Shown here piece by piece: positions 48,255-57,715 of a stretch of 61,837 nt of DNA (position 1 is the first letter of the stretch; each line of letters starts with the position of its first letter). The notes beneath the pieces were generated by a model. The model saw nothing but the letters and a program-made list of their open reading frames with translations. It had not been told where the DNA came from and ran no database searches. Source of the DNA: a virus (Duplodnaviria; Caudoviricetes); the IMG/VR virus record IMGVR_UViG_3300028840_003061, positions 1 through 61,837 of that record; one strand, written 5' to 3'. A program made the position numbers and the translations under genes.

Positions 48255-50335
48255 TACTGCCCGAACCTTTCTGTGGCAGTTAGGGGCATTCCATCTGGGC
48301 TTTCTGGAAGTCCTGCTGGTTGAGGTAGACTAGACTTTGGTGTTGCTTGAAGAGCGCCAGATTCTTCTGGCATAGGCATGGGAGCCCCTTCTCCTGGAGG
48401 TGGTGCCTGTCCTGCCCCTTGTGAAATAGTTTCCTGACTAGGAGGAGATCCTGCAGGAGGTCCCAAAGGTTGTTGCTGCATCATAGCAAGAGTACCAGGA
48501 TCAGTTGTTCTAAGTAAGTCGATGTGTTCTTGAATATGAGATAACACTCGGTCCACTAATTCAGGATCTTGTCTTAATTCTGGATCAGCTAAAACATTTC
48601 TATGCTCATTAATGTGATACTGATGATCATCGGTCATTATAGCGATAACACTAGTGGCTCCTGATGCCAGGGCTTCGTTTTCTGACCGGATTAACATCCC
48701 TTGATCGGCCATACCTTCAGTCATATTCTCAAGTCTACCCGTCTCCATCACGTTAACATATTGCTGAGGAGATAGCTTGTCTCCATACATCTGTAACATT
48801 TGTTCAGCCATTTGTACTCTACCCGCAGTAGAATTGGAGAGTGGGTTGCCAACATCGACTAATACTCTGTTTACTGTACTTAAGTCGTCTCCAGTAAACT
48901 CTTGTAGCTCAGTTCGGTTTGTTTTACCAACAATCGCCGCAACTCTGGGTACTGCAGCAAAATCTCTTAGCATATTAATAAGGCCCGTACCAACGTCTTC
49001 TATTAACTGTATGTATTGTTGTTGAAAACCAGATACAAATTGTAGTGCTTGTGCTTGAATAAGGGCTAATGCGTTACCAGAAGAAAGACTAGCTTCAGGG
49101 TTTCCTCTAGCAACAGAGTTAACGCCAGTTAAAGTCTCACCGATTTGTTCCAGCATCTGCATGAAATCAAAAATCTCTTTAGGAGTACTAGTAAGATTTA
49201 AAGATTCTGGTTTACCTGCTTGAGAGTTATAGTCAATTATATTCATTCCACCACTTAATTGATTTACATTAATATCGCAACCACGGGGATTTAGAATACT
49301 CTGTACTCCATGTGCGTTTTGGTTAGTCAATACAGTAGAGTATAAACTATTAATCGCATCTTGTACGGGAAGGAAGTCAAACATATTAGTATACCCATAT
49401 GGAGTTCCTAGTATGTCTCCAGGAGAGATTCTATATACTGGTAAATCTCTGTATGGCATGGGAGAGTCTGAAAGAGGGATATCATCATCTAAATAGATAA
49501 GATGTCTACCTTCTGGCATAGACTCGGTTCTTTTGTGAAAAAATTCGTACACAGGAATATCAACAGTTTCGTCGAAATTTGTACCGATTAGTTTGAACTT
49601 AGATAAATCGCTTTTTGTTTTAAGGTTAACAATTTCTTCTTCTAGCTCAGGGTATTTTGCTGCCAAATCAAACTTATTTTTCCAAGTTCTGGTAATAATC
49701 CAGTCAATATCTTTAATATCTTCTTTAGAGCTATCAAATACTACATCAAATACACTAAGATTATAAAACTTAACATCTCCTTCATATATAGGAGTTCCGG
49801 TTTCTTCATTGAAGTCGTACAACTCTCCTGAAGTTGCATTCCACTCCATCTTAATGTAACCAGAGCCCATAACAATTGCATACTCTGCAGCTCTATGGAG
49901 ATATTTCTCTAACCTATTTTCTCGCATATAATACTCTAAGAGTCCATTTGCAAGCTTGGTTTGTACTAAAGATTTATAGTCTGTGTTTGTTGACCTAGCC
50001 CGAAAGCTAGGTCGATTTGATGTGACCATCACCAAAATATGTTGTGCTAAGTTTCTAAAGTGATTAATTGGCAACTCTACGAGTTCACCCTGCTCACCTC
50101 CAAACGTAATCGAATGACCGCCACCAACATCATCATAATACGCACCATGATGTGCAAGCCAGCATCTTTTAACCTTTTCGAGGTAATTATTATTAGTAAG
50201 AGTATCGAACCATGCATCAGATTTTTGTTTTAAAATCTTAGCCGCTTCTTTAGCCTCTTTTTGTGCAAAATATTCTGTAGTATCTTGGTCTGTTAGTGGG
50301 TTAGTTCCAACAGACATCCCTAAATTATCAGCCAT
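48254..50335 (-). CDS. Portal protein (P22-like)
   Basis: 693 aa, directly after terminase; ETLTGVNSVARG; SGNAL; Pro-rich C-terminus. Confidence 0.88.
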   Translation of the reverse strand: MADNLGMSVGTNPLTDQDTTEYFAQKEAKEAAKILKQKSDAWFDTLTNNNYLEKVKRCWLAHHGAYYDDVGGGHSITFGGEQGELVELPINHFRNLAQHILVMVTSNRPSFRARSTNTDYKSLVQTKLANGLLEYYMRENRLEKYLHRAAEYAIVMGSGYIKMEWNATSGELYDFNEETGTPIYEGDVKFYNLSVFDVVFDSSKEDIKDIDWIITRTWKNKFDLAAKYPELEEEIVNLKTKSDLSKFKLIGTNFDETVDIPVYEFFHKRTESMPEGRHLIYLDDDIPLSDSPMPYRDLPVYRISPGDILGTPYGYTNMFDFLPVQDAINSLYSTVLTNQNAHGVQSILNPRGCDINVNQLSGGMNIIDYNSQAGKPESLNLTSTPKEIFDFMQMLEQIGETLTGVNSVARGNPEASLSSGNALALIQAQALQFVSGFQQQYIQLIEDVGTGLINMLRDFAAVPRVAAIVGKTNRTELQEFTGDDLSTVNRVLVDVGNPLSNSTAGRVQMAEQMLQMYGDKLSPQQYVNVMETGRLENMTEGMADQGMLIRSENEALASGATSVIAIMTDDHQYHINEHRNVLADPELRQDPELVDRVLSHIQEHIDLLRTTDPGTLAMMQQQPLGPPAGSPPSQETISQGAGQAPPPGEGAPMPMPEESGALQATPKSSLPQPAGLPESPDGMPLTATERFGQ

Positions 50336-50350
50336 TATTACCTCTTGATA

Positions 50351-50360
50351 TAGTTGTTAA
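50351..50360 (-). promoter_or_regulatory. TTAACAACTA candidate late promoter for the portal gene
   Basis: Exact copy overlapping the terminase stop. Confidence 0.55.
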
Positions 50361-51814
50361 TTCTTAATATTCATTATTTTTCTAAACATAGACTCAATTC
50401 CGCCTTCAGCTTTTTTGCTTATTTTAGACGCAAATACGTTCCCTCCGGATTTTGCTCCCCAATTCTCCGGATAAGGGTTGTGAGAACGGACCAAATTACG
50501 CACTAAATAAATAAGCGCATCAAGGGCATCTGCGTGTCCTCCTCTAACTGTCATATCTGCAGAATCAGCCATTCTAGCAAACTCTTTGTGGTTTTTATCC
50601 CAAGACCCATTAGCTACGTGGTATATTAAATGTTTACACCGAGGATTAATTATAATTTGATTATTACTAATCATCATACGTACTTGGTTTATCTGAGCTT
50701 CTTTATTATCTTTAGCCGTTGCCAGGAAGTTAAGTCCATGAAGCCTCTGTAAATCATTTACCATAATTAAGTTATTATCCATAACCCGCATATACACAGG
50801 TAAAGGGTATCCACTGTCATCTGAAAAATGTTCGGATTCTTTTTTATATATGTTATTAGCTAGAGCCTCAGTTGTCATACTAGGGCCATTCATAACTAGT
50901 TCATCTTCTATAACCAACTTGGCGTTTAAAAAATCCCAGTAAGCAAATAAATAAATAGTTAGATCTTTAAACCCTACATCCCCTGCTGTATATATATCGT
51001 AAAATGCCGGTCTATCCCATTCACGGATTAATTCCTGTTGCCTCTCTTCCGTAAATTCTGGTATCACTACTGATTCGTCATCTTGTATTATTTCGCAAAG
51101 GTATTCTCTTTTAAACTGAGGATCTTCTTTTCCTGTTGGAAATCTTGCTGCAATCCCTTCTATCTTTCTCTCGCTTAACATTGGGTTGTCATATATGTTT
51201 AAAACCAGAAGAGAGTCTGCAGCTTTCGCTGGTCTTATAAACTTAGTGATAAAATCGTGGTTAGCACTTTTAGATGGGGTTGATATTAATACGATCTTAC
51301 CATCAGTAGTATCTGTAGTTGGAGCAAGAATAGAATTTACAACATACTCTAAGTGGTCACAGAAACCGGCCTCATCTACTATGCATAGATGTGATGCGCC
51401 CCCTCTAAGATTCTCATGGGAACCATTATCTGTTCCCGCAAATTGTATTTGAGAACCGTTCGGAAAAACGTACATCTTGTCATTTTCTTTCCATTCCGGT
51501 CTTAGATCCCTAGGACAATCTTCTAGTATGACTCTCATGTTTGGTTGAACAATTGTCTTTACCATCTTTAAACGAGGACAAACATATTTTACAATTGCGT
51601 TGGGAGTAGTCATACAAAGCTCGACAGCTTCTACAGTCATCTCAAAACTTTTTCCCAACCGTCTAGATGCTAGTATAGGGATTATATCCCGTTTATCTTT
51701 TAATATATAGTCTCGCATTTTGAGCTGGCCATCATGTCTCTTATAACTAAGATCTCCCCTTGACCATATCTCTCTTAATGCTTCTCTTTTTGAGACTTTT
51801 CTGCGTCTAGCCAC
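50357..51814 (-). CDS. terL: Terminase large subunit
   Basis: Walker A SRRLGKS; Walker B IVDEAG; ISTP; FKREYLCE; nuclease GD.G and HADALDALIY. Confidence 0.95.
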   Translation of the reverse strand: MARRRKVSKREALREIWSRGDLSYKRHDGQLKMRDYILKDKRDIIPILASRRLGKSFEMTVEAVELCMTTPNAIVKYVCPRLKMVKTIVQPNMRVILEDCPRDLRPEWKENDKMYVFPNGSQIQFAGTDNGSHENLRGGASHLCIVDEAGFCDHLEYVVNSILAPTTDTTDGKIVLISTPSKSANHDFITKFIRPAKAADSLLVLNIYDNPMLSERKIEGIAARFPTGKEDPQFKREYLCEIIQDDESVVIPEFTEERQQELIREWDRPAFYDIYTAGDVGFKDLTIYLFAYWDFLNAKLVIEDELVMNGPSMTTEALANNIYKKESEHFSDDSGYPLPVYMRVMDNNLIMVNDLQRLHGLNFLATAKDNKEAQINQVRMMISNNQIIINPRCKHLIYHVANGSWDKNHKEFARMADSADMTVRGGHADALDALIYLVRNLVRSHNPYPENWGAKSGGNVFASKISKKAEGGIESMFRKIMNIKN

Positions 51815-51816
51815 AT

Positions 51817-52167
51817 CTATCCTTTGAGTATGTCTTCTAGTTCTTTAGTTGACATTTTTTTAGCCTTACCTTTTGGCTTGACCCGGATATCTTCGCCCCT
51901 TGCTATTTTTAGATTTTTATGTAATATATCTAAAGTCTTAACCTCATCCTGAGTTAACTCTCGTTTTGAAGAGTGTTCTTTTAGTATCTCTAGTTGTTTT
52001 ACGCAAATAATTTCAGCATCAGTTACGCTATCAGAAGATGCCGACTCGTCTATCTCCTTTAATAGGAGCTTTAGCTTACTTACTTCCAATTCAAGCTCTT
52101 TTATTCTTTTACGTAAAGCAGACTTTTCTGCTTGTTCCTCTAAAGATATTAGTGTTTTATCATCCAT
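51817..52167 (-). CDS. Hypothetical protein, possible terminase small subunit
   Basis: Immediately upstream of terL; C-terminal MSTKELEDIL. Confidence 0.5.
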   Translation of the reverse strand: MDDKTLISLEEQAEKSALRKRIKELELEVSKLKLLLKEIDESASSDSVTDAEIICVKQLEILKEHSSKRELTQDEVKTLDILHKNLKIARGEDIRVKPKGKAKKMSTKELEDILKG

Positions 52168-52170
52168 GTA

Positions 52171-52470
52171 TTACCACCCAAACTTTTGTCCATCTACCCT
52201 AGGTTTAGATTGACTTAATAGAACGCTAGATACTTTTGCGTCTAGTTTATTATAAACTTCCCGGTTATTCTTCTCATAAGTCTCTAACTTTCTTACGAAT
52301 TCGTCAGACGGATCGTCAATTTCATTGTGATCAAGATATACCAAAAACCCAAATAGGACGCTAGATGACACAAATGCGGCAACTTCAAACGACCCTCCAC
52401 CAAAAATAAGACTCTTTGTTGATATAATTAAAATAAGAAAAAACAAGATGTTAGATTTATTAATTGACAT
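52171..52470 (-). CDS. Membrane protein with two TM segments
   Basis: Hydrophobic N-terminal half; GGGAG RBS. Confidence 0.6.
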   Translation of the reverse strand: MSINKSNILFFLILIISTKSLIFGGGSFEVAAFVSSSVLFGFLVYLDHNEIDDPSDEFVRKLETYEKNNREVYNKLDAKVSSVLLSQSKPRVDGQKFGW

Positions 52471-52504
52471 TATTTAGTCTCCCAAGGTGTATTAAAGTAT
52501 AAAT

Positions 52505-52514
52505 TAGTTGTTAA
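52505..52514 (-). promoter_or_regulatory. TTAACAACTA candidate late promoter at the head of the morphogenesis operon
   Basis: Exact copy in the divergent intergenic region. Confidence 0.6.
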
Positions 52515-52582
52515 ATTAATTTATTATTGTACTTTGATGCCTTTTGTGTTATATTAATAAGAATTAACCGAAAAGAGGGTAT

Positions 52583-53029
52583 ATGTCAGAAAATGGTATG
52601 GGGTCTAAGGAGATTGTCGTAAAGTTATATTATGATATAACTATGTGTAATAATGAACTAGATCTACTTAAAGTCAATTCTAAGATAAGACAGCATATAG
52701 AAGGAGATGATTCAATTGGGGAGATTGAGACCATGATACTTCTAAGTGCAATCAAAATGAAGAGCAACGAGATAGCTCTTTATAATATAATGGATACTAT
52801 GGATACGCTGCTTCTTGCCAACGATATATCAGTTGTTATGTCCGATGAGAATTTTGACATAGAAGAAGAGGCAATTAAACAAAGTATGACGGATGAACTA
52901 AGTGTAGTCAAAGAAGGCAACATAATGTCTATAAGTGACGTATACTCTCGTAAGAATGGTGGCGATGATCTAGAAGAATCGTCGGGCGAAGATGATGAAA
53001 ATGCACCAGTTGACAGTGGTGACGAATAG
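52583..53029 (+). CDS. Hypothetical acidic protein
   Basis: GAGG RBS; TTGTAC-17 nt-TATATT upstream. Confidence 0.65.
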   Translation: MSENGMGSKEIVVKLYYDITMCNNELDLLKVNSKIRQHIEGDDSIGEIETMILLSAIKMKSNEIALYNIMDTMDTLLLANDISVVMSDENFDIEEEAIKQSMTDELSVVKEGNIMSISDVYSRKNGGDDLEESSGEDDENAPVDSGDE

Positions 53030-53038
53030 TGCTATGAT
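53010..53038 (+). promoter_or_regulatory. Sigma-70 promoter upstream of lysis genes
   Basis: TTGACA-17 nt-TATGAT with TG extension. Confidence 0.7.
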
Positions 53039-53165
53039 AGTTATGGATTTATTGCCCCTTTTGTCACTATAGTTGAGGTGTGGGTAGTAAAAAGCCACAA
53101 ATATAGAAAATGTGATAATTAAGCGTCACATAGGAACTAATATAATAATAGTAGAGGAGTAAAAG

Positions 53166-53561
53166 TTGGGACTTTTTGATTTTATTGGAAATATTTTTAA
53201 GCCAGCCTCAGATTTAGTAGATTCATTACATACTAGCGATGAGGAAAGGTTAAAATTGGAAAATGAGTTAGCTAAGATAAAAGAAGCGGCTCTAGAAAAA
53301 ATGACAGAATTAGAAAAGGCTCGACTAGATGCCCTAAGTAAGGTGCAGGTGGCAGAGGCTAATTCTAAACATACAATTGTTGCTATCTGGAGGCCAGTAT
53401 CGTCTCTGTCGATGGTTGCGATTATAGTTGCAGCTAGTTTTAATTTAATCCCTACCCCAAGCCAAGAGTTTTATGAATTAGCTCAAATATTCTTAGGGGC
53501 TTACGTTTCTTCGAGGGGAATTGAGAAAGTTGCCGCAAGCATTGGGGGGTTGAGGAAATGA
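53166..53561 (+). CDS. Putative holin (GTA 3TM holin-like)
   Basis: LVDSLHTSDEE, AEANSKH..VAIWRP, LGAY..SRGIEK. Confidence 0.75.
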   Translation: MGLFDFIGNIFKPASDLVDSLHTSDEERLKLENELAKIKEAALEKMTELEKARLDALSKVQVAEANSKHTIVAIWRPVSSLSMVAIIVAASFNLIPTPSQEFYELAQIFLGAYVSSRGIEKVAASIGGLRK

Positions 53562-53812
53562 AATACATAACAGAGGTACTACTGGTTGCTAATTTATTGA
53601 TATGCGGATACGCTTATTATAAAGTATATAGTGTATTAAATGTTGTGGATATGGTTACTAAGCAAATAATTGCTGTTGATAACTCGACTAAAGATATTAA
53701 GGATAAGCTAAAAGCTGCGGAAAAATCATCTCAGGAAGCAAAGGACGGAATAAAGAGGGTAGAAACTACTATAGATGAAATTAAGCGTAAACTGGATAAA
53801 TTGCCGTTATGA
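53558..53812 (+). CDS. Membrane-anchored coiled-coil protein (spanin-like?)
   Basis: N-terminal TM plus coiled coil, between holin and peptidase. Confidence 0.45.
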   Translation: MKYITEVLLVANLLICGYAYYKVYSVLNVVDMVTKQIIAVDNSTKDIKDKLKAAEKSSQEAKDGIKRVETTIDEIKRKLDKLPL

Positions 53813-54156
53813 TTAGGATATTATTTACTGCATTACTATTATATGGGTACTTGTCTTATGCTACTCCTGTAGATATTGATAATACTGTAAAGGAACTAGA
53901 ATCCCTTTCAGGATGCGAATTGGTCATTACATCCGGATTTAGGACTCCTGAACATAATAAACGAGTGGGAGGGGCTCCTAACAGCTATCATCTATATAAT
54001 AGAGCTAGAGATGTGGTACCAAAAGACAAAAAATGTATAAGTATTAAAGAGTTAGGGAAGATTGCATGTAAAATAACCTCCTCTATCATATACAAAAAAC
54101 ACATCCATCTCGATAACCGTAAGAATCCTATATGTATTAAAGGTAGATATAAATGA
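53809..54156 (+). CDS. Peptidase M15-family endolysin with signal peptide
   Basis: ITSGFRTPEHNKRVGGAPNSYHL...A.D...HIHLD.R. Confidence 0.88.
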   Translation: MIRILFTALLLYGYLSYATPVDIDNTVKELESLSGCELVITSGFRTPEHNKRVGGAPNSYHLYNRARDVVPKDKKCISIKELGKIACKITSSIIYKKHIHLDNRKNPICIKGRYK

Positions 54157-54656
54157 CTAAATACGTAATAACGGCAAATAGCCGAAGATTTGATAATTTC
54201 AAAAGTAAAAACAAGGGATATGAGCATATTATATGTATACGAGATGTAGTATTACTCAGAGGCTTGCAGTTTAATCCTGAAACGGAAAAAATTATATTTC
54301 TTAGTGATTTTGATAAAATATACGGCTCAGAGAATCTTGAGGCCACTCTCCGTAGCATAGGGTATGACGGGAGAATACCTCCGCTAAGTTTGCCGGATTA
54401 CTCTGTAACCAGTGTTAATATTGAGCCGAGCCCTTTTACTTTAGATATACATAACCTTTCGACAAATACAGCATATATAGGGAGTGATTCATATTACAAT
54501 ACAACCGTAGAAATCCCCCTATACTATGAAATATTGCGAAGTGAGGTCAATAACTTACGTCAACAGATTATAGAAATGCAGCAATCACAAGCAATTTCGC
54601 CCTTAGTTATAGAGAGCCCCTTTATGCCAACATCCGGCGAGTCTGATGAGGAATAA
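54153..54656 (+). CDS. Hypothetical protein
   Basis: ATGA overlap. Confidence 0.55.
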   Translation: MTKYVITANSRRFDNFKSKNKGYEHIICIRDVVLLRGLQFNPETEKIIFLSDFDKIYGSENLEATLRSIGYDGRIPPLSLPDYSVTSVNIEPSPFTLDIHNLSTNTAYIGSDSYYNTTVEIPLYYEILRSEVNNLRQQIIEMQQSQAISPLVIESPFMPTSGESDEE

Positions 54657-54680
54657 AAAAAAATGGGAGCTTGCGCTCCC
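54655..54680 (-). terminator. Terminator between convergent genes
   Basis: GGGAGC-GCAA-GCTCCC plus T run on the minus strand. Confidence 0.8.
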
Positions 54681-54730
54681 TTAAAAGTATGTGGTCGGAC
54701 GACCATGCGAATGCTAACATACTAGAACTA

Positions 54731-55099
54731 TTAATATTTTTTATAACCAGACATATCTTCGTCTTTGGCTATTCCTTTTCCAATTTTAATTTTCTTTAAA
54801 GCGCGTTTTCTAGCTTCAGCGCGTTTACGCTTCTCCTCTTTTTCCTTTTCTTCGCGTTCTTTTCTTTTAGCTTCTGCTTTTTCTACATAGGCTTTCCTGA
54901 CAGAATCTTCTCTCGCGAGACGGCTCTCGCTAGTTTTGTAGCTAGTCTTTACCCCTGGGCGCATCTCTTTTTCTACCGCTTCATCGCCAGATTTAGGATT
55001 AACTAAACGCCTCTCTCTACTAGCTTTAACCTCTTCTAGAGCCCTATCATATTGATAATCTTCGCCTTTTTTTGGTCTTTTTCGTCCGTATCTACCCAC
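54731..55099 (-). CDS. Highly charged basic hypothetical protein
   Basis: GAGGG RBS; GTG start. Confidence 0.6.
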   Translation of the reverse strand: MGRYGRKRPKKGEDYQYDRALEEVKASRERRLVNPKSGDEAVEKEMRPGVKTSYKTSESRLAREDSVRKAYVEKAEAKRKEREEKEKEEKRKRAEARKRALKKIKIGKGIAKDEDMSGYKKY

Positions 55100-55110
55100 T
55101 TATTACCCTC

Positions 55111-55410
55111 TTAAAAGTTTATTTTTATAACCACTAATACTTCATTTCCTGATACGTTTACAGTACTCACTGAGCCATACATGGAGAAATCGTACTGTAA
55201 CCTTCCGCTAGATATAATATCGACTAAACTATAAGTATAAGCAGCATATTCTTTGTTAATACCAGTAATTCTTAGTATTTTCTCTGCTTTTTTTTCTGCC
55301 TTATCCGCAATCTTAGTCTTAGATAGGCCCTCATATAGTTTATCAAGTGCTTCATCAGCAAAAGCTATATTAGTTGTTAATAGAAGGGCAATGGGGAGTA
55401 AATACCTCAT
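55111..55410 (-). CDS. Exported hypothetical protein
   Basis: MRYLLPIALLLTTNIAFA signal peptide; ATG 55410 overlaps the upstream stop. Confidence 0.6.
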   Translation of the reverse strand: MRYLLPIALLLTTNIAFADEALDKLYEGLSKTKIADKAEKKAEKILRITGINKEYAAYTYSLVDIISSGRLQYDFSMYGSVSTVNVSGNEVLVVIKINF

Positions 55411-55634
55411 TTTTCTTCGTCCTTCAGAATATAGTCCCCATGTTTTGGGCAATCGTGATCGTGTAAGTTATTAGGAATACCGAACACAGAGTCCGATCCG
55501 CATATACATTTCTTCTCCCAAGGCTGAATTTGACGCATCTTAACCTTCTCCCCTAGATACCCAGGAGGAAGTTCTACGTTATCGTCATCATCGTACCATA
55601 CTCTCTGATTTACATTTCCAAATATACTAGGCAT
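55407..55634 (-). CDS. Small Cys/His protein
   Basis: CICG...HDHDCP. Confidence 0.6.
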   Translation of the reverse strand: MPSIFGNVNQRVWYDDDDNVELPPGYLGEKVKMRQIQPWEKKCICGSDSVFGIPNNLHDHDCPKHGDYILKDEEK

Positions 55635-55720
55635 AATTACTACCTTACCATAAAAAAAGTTAAAATACTACCTTGTACTAGTTGTTTTTCTGTGGTAGTG
55701 TATTATTTATTGGAGGAAAA

Positions 55721-55879
55721 ATGAATAGATTAACTGTAAACGCATTATTGACAATAGCTGCTATTTTCTCAGCAGACCTACTTTTCTTTTTTATGGGGCT
55801 ATCAGTTCCCGGACCGCTTTTTCAATTACTAATGTTTGTTGGGCTGGTCAGTGTATTACAATTTATGGAGCTGTCATGA
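55721..55879 (+). CDS. Small membrane protein
   Basis: GGAGG RBS; two hydrophobic segments. Confidence 0.55.
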   Translation: MNRLTVNALLTIAAIFSADLLFFFMGLSVPGPLFQLLMFVGLVSVLQFMELS

Positions 55880-56097
55880 AATTTTTAGTATTTTCTCTTT
55901 CTTTACTTCTGGTTGGCTGTGGCCCGAAATTTAGCGTGGGCGACAGGGTTTATTTCTTCAGTAGCTGCACCGGCATAGTAAAAGAAGTTATCCAGTGGTC
56001 CGAGGCAGTCTCATATAGGCTGGACCCCGCAATATGCGACCTAGAGCCGATTAAACCCGTAGTTATGCCCCAAAAAGCCCTGAGGGGCTCACAGTGA
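55876..56097 (+). CDS. Small lipoprotein
   Basis: Lipobox LVGC; KFSVGD.V...CTG.V. Confidence 0.7.
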   Translation: MKFLVFSLSLLLVGCGPKFSVGDRVYFFSSCTGIVKEVIQWSEAVSYRLDPAICDLEPIKPVVMPQKALRGSQ

Positions 56098-56360
56098 GGT
56101 TTTTACAGTTAGGTGCTGTCTTTCTATGGCCAATCATCTTGGGCTGCTCTACGGCTCCCACAGGACCTTATACTAACCATAAGTTCACGACTGGTGATGT
56201 TATAACTAACGGATTCTGCACAGGAACCGTTGTAGATATCTTTAATTTCAGTGTCTTAGACGAAAATAGATACAAGGTAAAAGACGTTAAGTGTACTAAC
56301 GGAAAGGAGTATTATTATGCAATTTTCGGAGAAAACGGATTTAGAAGAGTTAGCCGATAA
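56094..56360 (+). CDS. Small lipoprotein, paralog of the previous gene
   Basis: Lipobox ILGC; KFTTGD.I...CTGTV. Confidence 0.7.
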   Translation: MRFLQLGAVFLWPIILGCSTAPTGPYTNHKFTTGDVITNGFCTGTVVDIFNFSVLDENRYKVKDVKCTNGKEYYYAIFGENGFRRVSR

Positions 56361-56541
56361 TATACGCAACTATCTAGAATCTTTAGAACATTCTGAAATA
56401 GAACATCTCCTTGCTGCTTTAATTTCTGGTCATGGAGTGCCATATAAAGCCAGAGGCTTAGGTATTATGGCGGCAGATGTTGATTTTTATTTAAGAACTG
56501 GATATATAAACCCTAACCAAATGGAGATTATTAAGAAATGA
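56317..56541 (+). CDS. Hypothetical protein
   Basis: AAGGAG RBS. Confidence 0.55.
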   Translation: MQFSEKTDLEELADNIRNYLESLEHSEIEHLLAALISGHGVPYKARGLGIMAADVDFYLRTGYINPNQMEIIKK

Positions 56542-56831
56542 ATGCGGAAGAGGCCAGAAATAACGTGGCGACTTATATGAGAGCCCAAGAAAAGGAATTA
56601 GATACCAGAAAGAAACAAATGTTGGTTGCTATTTTGGATATTATTTCTAATAAATCTTGCAATGGGTATAGTATTATCACCTATGTTATAGACGATAAAA
56701 TGAAAACATTTTCTAAAAAACATAAGAAACTCGCTATTGATTTTTTAGAACATAACCTAAACGGCTTAGGTTTTACTGTAAAATGTCAACTTTCTATTAA
56801 CAAAGATAATGTCTTGGTCATTGAGTGGTAA
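56538..56831 (+). CDS. Hypothetical protein
   Basis: MNAEEAR...LGF.V...VIEW pattern. Confidence 0.6.
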   Translation: MNAEEARNNVATYMRAQEKELDTRKKQMLVAILDIISNKSCNGYSIITYVIDDKMKTFSKKHKKLAIDFLEHNLNGLGFTVKCQLSINKDNVLVIEW

Positions 56832-57207
56832 ATATGGAATGGTACTACGAAAAGGTAACACTCAAGTATGCATAGATACTAGAATTATAACAATGTCTCC
56901 ATGCTCAAAAAGAAACTATCGACTATTCCTATCATATTTGTTCCACGAATTAGCTCACATTACCTGCGCAGACTCTGGACTTTATCATAACTACCACAAT
57001 GTAGAACCAACCAATTCTAAAGAATTACAGACATTTAGACGAGTAGCTTTTAAAGCGGAAAGGTTTGTAGACAAGAAAGCAGAGGAATTAATGTCCGTAT
57101 ATTTCCCGGATATCCCGTTTAGAGAGAATTATACCGAAGACGATAAGTCTTGGTTTTATATGATGTTTTTAGATAAATATTACAAAAAGGATAAATTCAA
57201 TGCATAA
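56809..57207 (+). CDS. HExxH metallopeptidase-like protein; start uncertain
   Basis: LFHELAH...AERFVDKKA. Confidence 0.55.
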   Translation: MSWSLSGKYGMVLRKGNTQVCIDTRIITMSPCSKRNYRLFLSYLFHELAHITCADSGLYHNYHNVEPTNSKELQTFRRVAFKAERFVDKKAEELMSVYFPDIPFRENYTEDDKSWFYMMFLDKYYKKDKFNA

Positions 57208-57715
57208 AGATAGAAACATCAAGTTAACCCCTATACCAGGTTTTGAGAAGGAGTATGCTATTACTAAATGTGGTCAGATATGGTCATATTTTAAAAATGA
57301 CTGGAAAATGTTAGAGAATCTGAATGGTTATCGTAGAGTCGGTTTGCACAAGAATGGTAAATTACATCGTATTTTAGTACATCGCTTAGTTATGTTGACT
57401 TTTGTTGGAGCGTCTAATTTACAGGTTAATCATATAAACGGCATTAAAAATGATAATAGACTAGAAAATTTAGAATACGTTACTATATCCGAAAACTTAA
57501 AACATGCGCACCGCATAGGGTTGCGGATTAATAGAAAAGGAGAACTTAATGGTGGGCACGTATTAAAGGAGCAGCAAGTATATAAAATAAGGTTCGAAGA
57601 AACATCTTCATTAAATTCTATTGCAAAAAAGTACGGTGTCAGTAAAAAACTTATATTTAATATAAAACATGGTAAGGCATGGACTCATATAACAGAGGAT
57701 TTCTATGATAACTAA
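57200..57715 (+). CDS. NUMOD4-type HNH homing endonuclease
   Basis: IPGFE..Y, VHRLV, VNHINGIKNDNRLENLEYVT..EN..HA. Confidence 0.92.
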   Translation: MHKDRNIKLTPIPGFEKEYAITKCGQIWSYFKNDWKMLENLNGYRRVGLHKNGKLHRILVHRLVMLTFVGASNLQVNHINGIKNDNRLENLEYVTISENLKHAHRIGLRINRKGELNGGHVLKEQQVYKIRFEETSSLNSIAKKYGVSKKLIFNIKHGKAWTHITEDFYDN

